Translations under genes and position numbers: made by a program | Assembly: GCA_942493375.1 (NCBI GenBank) | Contig: OW818698.1 | Location: forward strand, 1,190,309-1,254,308 | Direction of reading: 5' to 3' | Source: Abditibacteriota bacterium | GTDB taxonomy: Bacteria > Armatimonadota > UBA5829 | DNA length: 64,000 bases | The notes under the pieces: model-generated | The model's input: the letters and a program-made list of their open reading frames with translations, nothing else | Database searches by the model: none | Told to the model about the DNA's origin: nothing | In this document: one piece after another, positions 1 to 9,300 of the stretch | Numbering within the stretch: position 1 is the first letter of the stretch | Layout of the letters: each line of letters starts with the position of its first letter

Positions 1-2
1 CC

Positions 3-239
3 GAAAAACTCCTGAGAAACGCCTACATACCCTCTACCTACATAGGAGGCCCCGGAAGTGTGCAACTGGACGATGGGACGATCTTTACTATGTATAGCAT
101 TGTAAGAATCGAGAGTCCTAAGCCAGAAGACCGACTTGTAGAAGAACAGCAGCTGGTAATGAACCCACGGTATCATTGTTTTGTGGCGGGGAGCAGGTAT
201 ACTGAAGATTATGTGAGGGTGTTGGGGAGAGAACAATGA
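3..239 (+). CDS. 3' end of a CDS entering from upstream of the window, product unknown
   Basis: Frame 3 is open from the window edge for 78 codons (..YIGGPGSVQLDDGTIFTMYS..VLGREQ) to TGA at 237-239. It is absent from the ORF track because it has no start in the window. Confidence 0.4.
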   Translation, partial: EKLLRNAYIPSTYIGGPGSVQLDDGTIFTMYSIVRIESPKPEDRLVEEQQLVMNPRYHCFVAGSRYTEDYVRVLGREQ

Positions 240-342
240 CTGCTATGGGTAGACTTCAACGTGTAATATAAGCTGTTTATTATTAATTGTAATGTAGGAT
301 TCATTAGGCTGCATGTCTTTATATATATAGGGAATATCCTAA

Positions 343-416
343 CCCGCTTTATTCACCAAGCTTTGCTTTTACCCGGCATTTGGGGTAAAAGCTAAGTTAA
401 TCATGAATAATGCGGG
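343..416 (-). repeat. 74-nt nested-hairpin element, copy 1
   Basis: Its reverse complement aligns end to end with 54143-54216. It has outer complementary arms (CCCGCATTATTCA / TGAATAAAGCGGG) and a 10-bp inner stem. Confidence 0.75.
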
Positions 417-493
417 CTAATCGGCATTTCCAAAATAGATGTCTTTAAGCACATAATATGTGGATGTAGTGTTTTACTGGAGGTGATTGATAG

Positions 494-1435
494 ATGAAGA
501 TAGGGATTATTGTTGCTTTGGTAATAATTCTTTTTTTTAGTATTTTAGTTATTCATCACAAGAGGCTGGCTAGCACTGAAGACAAACCAGTCAATATGTC
601 TTCGATGATCATGTTTTCAGGTCGTGTTCAGAATGAAAACATTAATAAATTGTGGAAATATGATCCGAAGAGCGGAGATTATTCTGAGGTTACCGGGCTG
701 AGTGCTGAAGTAATGGAGGCAACTGAATCCACAAATATTTGGAATGTGGCTTATGCATCCGGAAAGTGGTGGGTTATTGCTGTCCACAATGATGGCTCTC
801 GTGATTCCTACAACAATCTGTCAACTCCGGACGGAACTATTGTGGTGTCCGATGTTCCAAGGTCCCGGATCCTGGGCACATATAATGACCGTATGTGGTT
901 GTACGACTGGTTTGGAGAGATGTATTCGATGTCTCTGTCAGATATAAAAATCAAACATCTGGAATCTAAAACACTCAGTAAAATCTTTCGTTTAGCAGGC
1001 ATAAGCAGTAACGGTGTGTCTGCAGGGCCAACCGGTATACCGGACTATGATGCTGATGTATGTCTGGCCTGGTTCTCATTGGATAAGGGTGAAACCATAA
1101 AACAGTTTCCGGATATACCATGTGCACAGGCAGCAATGTCACCATCAGGTAAGAGGATTGCAGTTAGCTCGATGGATATCCCAATCCGTATCTATGAACT
1201 CATCAAATCAAAACCGATTCTAGTCTGCAAATATGACTTTGGTAGATATGAACTAGTAAATATGGCATGGTCTGGAGACGAAAGATACCTTGTTATCTGT
1301 ATATCTAGAAAAGGATTTCTATCGATATCTCCTTCTCATGAATGGCAACTGGGAATTCTTGATACGAACAATGGAAAAGTTGTCTGGTTATCTGCAACTG
1401 TTGATTCCAAATATGCCTGGGGTGTTGGTCCATAG
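494..1435 (+). CDS. membrane-anchored hypothetical protein with beta-rich (propeller-like) ectodomain
   Basis: 313-aa ORF with a GGAGGTG RBS about 8 nt before the ATG. It has an N-terminal TM helix (IGIIVALVIILFFSILVI). Strand patterns such as MSPSGKRIAVSS and WSGDERYLVI resemble TolB/WD40-like blades. No family recognised. Confidence 0.7.
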   Translation: MKIGIIVALVIILFFSILVIHHKRLASTEDKPVNMSSMIMFSGRVQNENINKLWKYDPKSGDYSEVTGLSAEVMEATESTNIWNVAYASGKWWVIAVHNDGSRDSYNNLSTPDGTIVVSDVPRSRILGTYNDRMWLYDWFGEMYSMSLSDIKIKHLESKTLSKIFRLAGISSNGVSAGPTGIPDYDADVCLAWFSLDKGETIKQFPDIPCAQAAMSPSGKRIAVSSMDIPIRIYELIKSKPILVCKYDFGRYELVNMAWSGDERYLVICISRKGFLSISPSHEWQLGILDTNNGKVVWLSATVDSKYAWGVGP

Positions 1436-1622
1436 ATAATGATGTGTAGTATGAGTTCCATGTGGAGTGGCGTTTCGATGAAAAGTAAGTACACTCAGTG
1501 CTTAAAGGCGTCTGGCACCTTTATTTGATTATATTGTGAAGTATTGAAAGGTGACTGAAATCGTCCATTGATAGTAGCAGTTCCTAATATTGCAGTATAA
1601 CGAGAAAGAGGACATTGGTGTT

Positions 1623-1787
1623 ATGGATGCAGGATTGGCAGGTATTATCGGTACAGCAATAGGTGCGTTAGTTGGTGGGATAGTGGGAATTTTAGGCAGT
1701 ATGTTAATGAGGCGTTGGCAGGCCCAGGACTTACAAAATACCGCAAGAGCTGCGATATTTCAAGGTGGATTGGGTACTCTTACCTAA
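1623..1787 (+). CDS. small glycine-zipper membrane protein (hypothetical)
   Basis: GAGGA RBS about 11 nt before the ATG at 1623, whereas the track start at 1590 has none. GxxxG-rich helix GLAGIIGTAIGALVGGIVGILGSMLM. Confidence 0.4.
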   Translation: MDAGLAGIIGTAIGALVGGIVGILGSMLMRRWQAQDLQNTARAAIFQGGLGTLT

Positions 1788-2238
1788 CATCTACAATTGT
1801 ATAAGTATGTATCGTGAGTTTGAGTTGTTCAGTACCATTGCCACCCAAGCATCTACAGTTTCAAGATCAGTAACTTTGTTAAGTAATACTCTGCCGAGTC
1901 TACCTGCTAATATTCCCAAAAACTACTTCAAATCATTTAGTGCGTTAGCCAAGGCAAACAATTCAGTCTGCAAGATGCAAACCTATTTTAAAACAGAAAG
2001 CCTTATAGATTGGAAAGAGGATAGAGAATGTAAAGAACAACTAGTTTTCAAAGGATTCTTTGAGTCATTGATTGCAAGTCATATTGAAGCCATCACTGTA
2101 ATAAGAGATCAGAAAGAATTCAGGGAAATGCAATACTTTTACCCGGATGACATCGCAGAATCAATTAGGAATGCTATGAGTATTAAAAATCTCAACAGCC
2201 CTAGGATAGATAAGCTTCTAGAGGAATATTTTCAGTAA
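1765..2238 (+). CDS. hypothetical protein
   Basis: 157-aa ORF (GTG at 1765, alternative ATG at 1807) overlapping the end of the preceding small ORF. No recognisable domain. Confidence 0.5.
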   Translation: MDWVLLPNIYNCISMYREFELFSTIATQASTVSRSVTLLSNTLPSLPANIPKNYFKSFSALAKANNSVCKMQTYFKTESLIDWKEDRECKEQLVFKGFFESLIASHIEAITVIRDQKEFREMQYFYPDDIAESIRNAMSIKNLNSPRIDKLLEEYFQ

Positions 2239-2376
2239 TGATAGTATTGGATTTTGGTGTGGTGGGATTTCTTGAGCAACTTCAACGTTGTGATGATTAC
2301 ACTTCGCAAATATATGCTCGGGAAATTTGGACACTACTCCGAGCTTAAGATCGCAACCATTTTCATGGAGATTATT

Positions 2377-4779
2377 ATGAATGGAACAATATCACACAGA
2401 TATTTAATAGCTTTCACAAGTTTTCTCCTCACCATCCCACTCGCCTCCCACGCTCAAAAAATCCCTCTCTCCCCTACCCTTCAAATCGAAGCAGGCAAAA
2501 CTGCTGCATTCCCGTTCGAGTTAAAAGAGATACCCAAAGGCAAGCAGGTGCGGTTGGTTTTGGATGGGCGGATTGTGGCTCCTAGTCTGGGTGGGAATAC
2601 GGGGGCTTTTAGTGTTTCGGTCAATGGGCAGGGTGTTGTTGGGAGGAATCTGCTTAATAAGCCTCTGCGGTTTACTATGCGGGAAGGGAGCCAGTTGGAC
2701 TGGACTACCAGGGACAACAGTTATTACCGGTTGATGTATTCGTCGGATTATTCCAACAAGATCAAAACGGATGAAAGCTTTATATATGGGCTCTTTGAAC
2801 CGGAGCAGGAACCTTATCGGTTTGTCTGGGATATAACATCACTTGTGCATGTTGGAACAAACTCAGTGCTATTGGACAGCTGCTCGGGGCTCTCATTTGC
2901 GCTTGATTTCAGGGATATCGGGATTGAAATCGGGAAACCTATACCATCACGTAATGCAGGCGCAGCGGTAAAGCCTGCTCCCACTGGACAACTGCCGGTC
3001 TATATGCCTGTGTATCGTGCGAAGGCTCCGGCTAGTATTGAAGTCTCGCAAAATGGAAATATTCGATTCGTGGCAGGTAGACGCACTTTTAATATACGCT
3101 CGCGCACCAGCCTGCCTGATGGCAAATGGCGTGATGGGGCTGGGTCGAAGGAAATCTGGAAGCCGCTCAAAACGAGAAAATCCGTCACAGCGAAGTGGCA
3201 GGGGTTCAATTATAAGGTTGAGCGCAAGATCATCCTGTCTGGCGACCATATTTCAATATCAGACACAGTGCGCAATACCGGTTCGGAGTTAGTTGGAGTC
3301 ATACTTGAGAACCGGTTAAGGCTGCCTGGTAAACCTGAGAAAATAATGCTGTGCGGGTCTGGTGGGGGTATGAAACAGCGCAGCAATGCAGCACACCCGA
3401 CAGCTATGGCACAGTTTAAGGACCTTGCTATAGGTCTGGCTGCTGAGGATGATGTCCTTCGGTTCCACTCAAATTTCTTTGAGGAACCTAACACAATCGG
3501 GTTCTCTGACCCTTCATTGGGTATCCCTGCGGGTAAATCTCAGAAGCTGGAATGGAGTATCTATGTAACCCCAAATGGAGACTACTGGGATTTCATTAAT
3601 GCCATCCGCCGCAGCTGGGGGAGCAATTTTACTTTGAATGGCCCACTCATTTTTCCAGCTCCCGATATCTGGAACTATATCCGGGTCGCCAACTTCACCG
3701 CAGATGACCTGAGCAAGTGGCTGGGGCAGATGAACAACTCTGTAAAAATGGTGATGACCCATGTAGCAGTGAACCCGAATATTCCGATGTCTACTGCTAC
3801 TATAGAGATTCCAGCAATAAAACATGGCACCGCTATAATGGACTCTAAATCCTGGCAGGATATGACCAGGCAGCTTGCTAAAGAAATGAAGACCGCTGAT
3901 CCATCGGTTAAAGTGTTTGCTTATACCCACAAGAACCTATGCACAGAGGTCGGATATCCACAGAAGTACCGGGACAGTGTGGCGATGTATGCTGCTGGCA
4001 ATCCTGTAACATCTGTCTACACCCCTGCCCCAGGTCTGTTTGTGCCGCTGGTTGGGAACTCCTACGGCAAGGCTATGATGGATGTGTATAAGTTCATAGT
4101 CGAAAACCTTGACTCTGATGTCTATATAGATGAGATCAACAACGACTACCTGGTCCCCGGTGATGGTGATACAGTGTGGGATGGCTGCACGGTGGTCATT
4201 GATCCAAAGACGCATAGTGTTGTCCGTAAACAGAGCAATCCCGGTCTGCTGGTCCTGCCATGGATATCCAACCTGATGGAATACTTCCATTCCAAAGGCA
4301 AATCAGTCTACTTTAACGGTTATATCACCAGCCGGACAATGCTGAGCTGGGGTAAGCGTGGATTCCTGCAGACTTCAGTGGAAGATGGCATGGGCTTCTC
4401 CGCTATCACCAGTGAACACTTGGGAACTCCGCTTGCCTGGGCAGGTTATATGACCGGTCGTCCCGGTTATGACCACTTCCACGAATCCTTGAACTACGGC
4501 GGAATCCCCTTCACCAGATCCGGCCCCTGGAACGACCACACTTTCCCGATCACCCCTCTGAACCTGAAAGCAGGGATAATCATCGGTAAAGAAAGAATCC
4601 TGACTACCAAATCAGGATTATACGGCTGGAATGATAACAGTAAAGCCGATGTCTATGTCTACGATGGTCAAGGAAATCTGGTGGCAAAACCCAACGTCAA
4701 AACTGTCCGCAAAGCCGGTAAAGTGCTGACAGAGCTGAGGATGCCAAGTGACTACACGGCGGTGATGGAGCGAAAGTAG
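2377..4779 (+). CDS. large secreted hypothetical protein (possibly glycan-active)
   Basis: Long ORF. The ATG at 2377 (or 2365) gives a signal peptide, MNGTISHRYLIAFTSFLLTIPLASHAQ. The track start at 2254 only adds a non-signal extension. No family recognised. Confidence 0.8.
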   Translation: MNGTISHRYLIAFTSFLLTIPLASHAQKIPLSPTLQIEAGKTAAFPFELKEIPKGKQVRLVLDGRIVAPSLGGNTGAFSVSVNGQGVVGRNLLNKPLRFTMREGSQLDWTTRDNSYYRLMYSSDYSNKIKTDESFIYGLFEPEQEPYRFVWDITSLVHVGTNSVLLDSCSGLSFALDFRDIGIEIGKPIPSRNAGAAVKPAPTGQLPVYMPVYRAKAPASIEVSQNGNIRFVAGRRTFNIRSRTSLPDGKWRDGAGSKEIWKPLKTRKSVTAKWQGFNYKVERKIILSGDHISISDTVRNTGSELVGVILENRLRLPGKPEKIMLCGSGGGMKQRSNAAHPTAMAQFKDLAIGLAAEDDVLRFHSNFFEEPNTIGFSDPSLGIPAGKSQKLEWSIYVTPNGDYWDFINAIRRSWGSNFTLNGPLIFPAPDIWNYIRVANFTADDLSKWLGQMNNSVKMVMTHVAVNPNIPMSTATIEIPAIKHGTAIMDSKSWQDMTRQLAKEMKTADPSVKVFAYTHKNLCTEVGYPQKYRDSVAMYAAGNPVTSVYTPAPGLFVPLVGNSYGKAMMDVYKFIVENLDSDVYIDEINNDYLVPGDGDTVWDGCTVVIDPKTHSVVRKQSNPGLLVLPWISNLMEYFHSKGKSVYFNGYITSRTMLSWGKRGFLQTSVEDGMGFSAITSEHLGTPLAWAGYMTGRPGYDHFHESLNYGGIPFTRSGPWNDHTFPITPLNLKAGIIIGKERILTTKSGLYGWNDNSKADVYVYDGQGNLVAKPNVKTVRKAGKVLTELRMPSDYTAVMERK

Positions 4780-4881
4780 TTGTAAGTTGTAAGTTGAAAG
4801 TTGAAAGTTGAGAGTTGATAGTGGAAAGTGGAGAGTGGAGAGTTGAGAGTGGAAAGTGGAGAGTTGAGAGTTGAGAGTTGG
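4779..4881. repeat. tandem degenerate heptamer array (about 14 units)
   Basis: Units GTTGTAA, GTTGAAA, GTTGAGA, GTGGAAA, GTGGAGA repeated head to tail. The array starts at the last base of the TAG stop of the upstream gene. Confidence 0.9.
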
Positions 4882-4961
4882 CGATGGGGATGTTTCAGTG
4901 GCCTGGTAAAACTAATGTGCAGGAAAATGATGCTACTAAATGTATAGTGCACTTTCGTTTA

Positions 4962-5000
4962 GCGCTACTAGATGTAAATAGACTTTACATTTGGTAGCGC
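4962..5000. promoter_or_regulatory. imperfect inverted repeat upstream of the ATPase gene
   Basis: GCGCTAC-TAG-ATGTAAA / TTTACAT-TTG-GTAGCGC, ending 19 nt before the ATG at 5019. Possible operator or 5'-UTR hairpin. Confidence 0.4.
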
Positions 5001-5018
5001 ATATGGTATTATTGCTAT

Positions 5019-6170
5019 ATGAAAATCAGGCATACATGGATTGAAAGAATTGAAAATGCTTGGCAGCATAGGTCATTGATATGGCTTCCAGGAGTCCGTC
5101 GGGTGGGAAAAACCTCCCTATGTCAAACACTACCACAAACAGAATATTTTGATTGTGAATTGCCCAGGGTCCGTCGAATGCTGGAAGACCCACAGGCATT
5201 TCTCGATGATCATAATGGACGCAGGATTGTCTTTGATGAAGTGCACCGCCTCGAGAATCCATCGGAATTACTAAAGATCGCTGCTGACAATTACCCCCAA
5301 ACGTTCGTTCTCGCAACTGGTTCGTCAACGCTCGGAGCATCATCCAAGTTTGCAGATACACTGGTTGGAAGAAAGACCGAATTATGGCTCACTCCAATGA
5401 CAGAAGCTGATTTGAAGGATTTCGGTAACACCAATATTCAACACAGGTTATTACGCGGCGGATTACCACCTTTCTTTATGGCTACGGAGTCTCCAGAACA
5501 GGATTTCCAAGAATGGATGGATGCATACTGGGCAAAAGATATACAGGTATTATTTAGACTTGAGCGTAAACATTCATTTCAGAGATTCACCGAATTATTG
5601 ATGGCTCAAAGTGGCGGTATTTTCGAAGCAACCCATTTTAGTACACCGTGTGAGGTATCTCGCATTACTATATCTAATTACCTATCTGTCCTGGAATCCA
5701 CATTCGTAGTTCATGTCGTGAGACCATTCAGCACACATCGTTCAACAGAGATAGTTGCAGCACCTAAAGTTTATGCATTCGACACAGGATTCGTGTGTTA
5801 TCATCGAGGATGGTATGATCTTAGAAAAGACGATCTAGGCATACTGTGGGAACACTTTGTCTTGAATGAACTCCATGCTGAGCTACAAACCCGTCGTATT
5901 GGTTATTGGCGAGACAAGCGGGGGCATGAGATAGACTTTGTTCTCTCTGATAGACGTTCTGATCCTGTCGCTATTGAATGCAAATGGTCAGCATCGGATT
6001 TCAATCCAACTAATATTCTTTCATTCCGTGGAAAATACCCTACTGGCGCAAATTATGTCGTTGCTAATGACATTGCTGTTGACTATTCACACGTTTATAA
6101 TGATATCAAAGTCACATTCACCAACACTGCAGGTTTGATTAGCGAACTGAGCACCAAAGATAAGCGGTAG
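5019..6170 (+). CDS. AAA-family ATPase with DUF4143-type C-terminal domain
   Basis: Walker A GVRRVGKTS and Walker B-like RIVFDEVH. The C-terminal YWRDKRGHEIDFV motif is typical of AAA_14 plus DUF4143 (nuclease-fold-like) proteins. Confidence 0.85.
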   Translation: MKIRHTWIERIENAWQHRSLIWLPGVRRVGKTSLCQTLPQTEYFDCELPRVRRMLEDPQAFLDDHNGRRIVFDEVHRLENPSELLKIAADNYPQTFVLATGSSTLGASSKFADTLVGRKTELWLTPMTEADLKDFGNTNIQHRLLRGGLPPFFMATESPEQDFQEWMDAYWAKDIQVLFRLERKHSFQRFTELLMAQSGGIFEATHFSTPCEVSRITISNYLSVLESTFVVHVVRPFSTHRSTEIVAAPKVYAFDTGFVCYHRGWYDLRKDDLGILWEHFVLNELHAELQTRRIGYWRDKRGHEIDFVLSDRRSDPVAIECKWSASDFNPTNILSFRGKYPTGANYVVANDIAVDYSHVYNDIKVTFTNTAGLISELSTKDKR

Positions 6171-6329
6171 CATAAATCAATATCATGCTGTAAATCATAT
6201 ACTTGTCCTCAACATCTAAGCCAAACATATTTGAATATTGAAACAGGATAAGTTATCGAATCATACTCAGAATCAACAACTAAAAACCTCTTACCTTAGC
6301 TAACTGAGAATCGATGGATGGAGAATTGA

Positions 6330-9300
6330 ATGATTAGTATTAAGCTTTTTGCACTGGTTTTGTTGCTGTTGGTGGTTTTTGGTGGGGTGAATGCTCAGGG
6401 ATTGGTTATTAATAATCCTGGGTTTGAACTCAGTACTAATATCAAAGATAAACCGGATTATTGGACTCCGCGGTATATTCAGGACCATTTTGTTGAGACT
6501 GCTCCAGCGAATATTTATGAAGGCAAGCAGTCTGCTCTGTTCACTAATAACAGCGGGAAGTCGGTGGAAGGGTATTTTTATGGGCCAGCTGATATTTCCG
6601 GTCAATTGCTGAGTATAGATGTAGTTCCCGGGGATATTTATACGTTTTCGGCATGGTGCAGGGTTGCATCGGATTTTTCTGGGGCAGGACTAAAGGTCTG
6701 TCTTCTGTTTTCGAAGGACGGTGCATATGTAAGCCGGGTTGATTCAACTCCTGTAGCTCCGAAGAAATGGACTAGAAGATCGGTGCAGGCAACGGTTCCC
6801 GATGGCGCTAACCGGATGACTTACAGTGTAGAATACTCCGGTCTCAGGAATGCCTGGTTCGATAAGGTGGAGTTGGTCAGAGGCAGTATAGAGAATCCTG
6901 AAGAAGTTGATCTGAGCTATTATCAAAAGCAGAATGTACTTATCGGATATCCTCAACTGATCTCAAAAGCAGATATAACACGTTTGATGAAGAGCAAGAC
7001 TGCGTTTGATGATCTGAAAAACAATATGCGAATGGTATCGTGGACGTTTGGTAAACTGACACCTGAAGCAGCGGATTCTGTAGTGAAAAAGCTGAAATCT
7101 CAAGGGATCAATATTATCCTCAGTGCAGGTAACAGATTTATTACTACTAACCTTGAAGAGAACATAGAGAAGTCTGCGATCATAGCAGATGCCTGCCATA
7201 AAAATGGGATCAAGTTCGCTCATCATGTCACTACTACCCTTGTTAAGCAGTCTTACTACCAAAGCCACCCGGATTTCACCTGTGTGAACATAGCTACCGG
7301 TAAACCCCACTATGAAGCTACCTACGATTTTGCTACCGCATGCCTGAACAATGACAATTACTGGCATGACTATATGCAACGTCTGGAAAAGCTGTTTGCG
7401 AACGTAAAACTCGATGGGATTATGGTAGATGAAATCGAATACTGGGGCGATACTCTCTGTGGGTGCGACTGGTGCCGGAGGAAATTCAGAGCAGACACAG
7501 GACTGGAGCTTCCGACATCCGACGACCAGAATTTCTTCAGAAACCTGAATAATTCCACTTACAAGAGATGGCTGAGCTGGCGTGCATCAAAGCTGCAAGA
7601 ACGGAATCTTGATATCAGAGCTTTGATGAAAAAGTATATGCCGAACGGCGGTTTTTATCCGAGCTATCTGTGCAATCCAACTTATACCGGTATGTGGAAT
7701 GCTTATTTCCAGAATGGAATGCAGCTGGATGCTCAGGTAGCATATTCAAGCTCTGTAGGAATCGAATACGAACCGCGGTTTTTCAATAATTACTACAACT
7801 GGCCTGTTGCAGTTGTAGAGATGAAGTTTGAAAAGGCTGTAAATCGTGTACTGGACTCCAACCCCTGGATATACTTCTATCCTACACAGTATGGAGATTA
7901 TATCTGGCAATGGAATTTGTCTATGGCCTTAGGGTTCAACATCTGGTTTCCGGGAGAGCAGGCTCCTGAGAAAAACGTAGAAAAAGCCCGATCTGCATTG
8001 ACCGGTTGGATGGCTAAATATCAAAAACTGATCGGTAAAACCAGTGCCTATGCCAACACCGGCATAGTATATTCAACAAATACCAGGGACTTGTGTCCTG
8101 AAGGCACCGAGTGGCGGGAAGGTTTCTTTGGAGTCTCTCAGCTGCTAACCGATTCACATACATCTTATCAGATGCTGGTAGACAGAGACCTGACAAATCG
8201 CGAGTTGTTAAAAGGCTTCCGAACGCTGGTGATGTTCAATACTGTATGTCTCTCGGATAGGGCTGTTGCAACGATACGGGAGTTTGTAAGGAATGGCGGG
8301 ACTCTGCTGGCTTCCTCAAATATCTCTTTAAGAGATGAAAACGGGAATATGCGGAATGACTTCGGATTAGCCGATGTATTAGGTGTATCGTATGCTTCAT
8401 ACCAGGAAAATGCTTACAACAATATGGTGTTTCCTGCTAAGGGGAAAGATAGAATACCGGGGATCTCCGGAAGTTATAAGCACGATAAGGGGTTTGTTAA
8501 CCTTAAAAGCATTGACAGCAAGCGCAGAGTGCTTGCCAGAATTGTTGACACTGAAGGCAAGGAATACCTGGGTGTTATAGCCGGCAGCTTTGGCAAGGGG
8601 AGCGTGATCTATTTTGCCGGTCATCCGGAGATGCACTATATTCGTGCGGACCACCTTCCACCTTACTACATCGCGCCTGGTCAGATGTGGCAGAGCAGTA
8701 TGGATACGGACTATCAGCAGATAATCACCAAAACCGTGAATTATCTGAATCCGAAGCCAGCGTTGATCGTGAAGAACCTACCGACCGGAGTGATTGCGGA
8801 AGCACTGGAGCACAAGACTGGAGATGTCACTGGAATTTCTGTCCATTTGATTAACTGCAGCGGAGCTGTATTGAAAGATGGCATCGTGCCCAAAATCTTT
8901 GAAGTGAAGTTTCCTGCAATTACACCAAAAGGCGGGATCGATGTTGCACTCAGAGCGGATAACATCAAAAAGGTCTATCTGCTGTCACCTGACTACAACC
9001 GGATTACTGAGCTCAAACCTGTCTTCAACAAAGGTTATGTGAAGGTTAATATCCCAGCCTTGTACCGGTCAGCTATGTTGTATTTTGTTAGAAAAGGTGC
9101 TGAACATATTACTGCAATCAATAATGGAAAGATCACTACTCAGATCCCCAAGCCTTGTAAGATGATTGTGGAGAGTTACATTCCACCAGTCGGCAAGTAT
9201 GATCCGAAGAATATCGTGTTCTTTGCAGATTCTGCTGCGTATGTTGGGGGTTATGTAAATGACAGGGATATCGGTCTTCTAAACAGAAACCTCTTCGGCA

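Noticed and set aside
1590-2238. A single gene split by a frameshift (the small TM ORF fused to the 157-aa ORF)
   Set aside because: The downstream frame has a stop at 1708-1710, so only a narrow window could join the two ORFs. There is no homopolymer or slippery heptamer in the overlap, and each ORF has a plausible start of its own. They are kept as two ORFs with low confidence.
2254-2376. The upstream TTG start proposed by the ORF track for the 841-aa protein
   Set aside because: The extension lacks an RBS and would bury the obvious signal peptide that begins at the ATG at 2377 (or 2365). Similar 5' trimming was applied at 15626-16570, 21169, 22093-25362, 28479, 35085-36545, 40544, 46782, 47506 and 49544.
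4752-4952. 66-aa ORF with repeating STLNSPLS peptides
   Set aside because: It is simply the reverse translation of the heptamer tandem array. It has no RBS, and period 7 means the frame is maintained only by chance.
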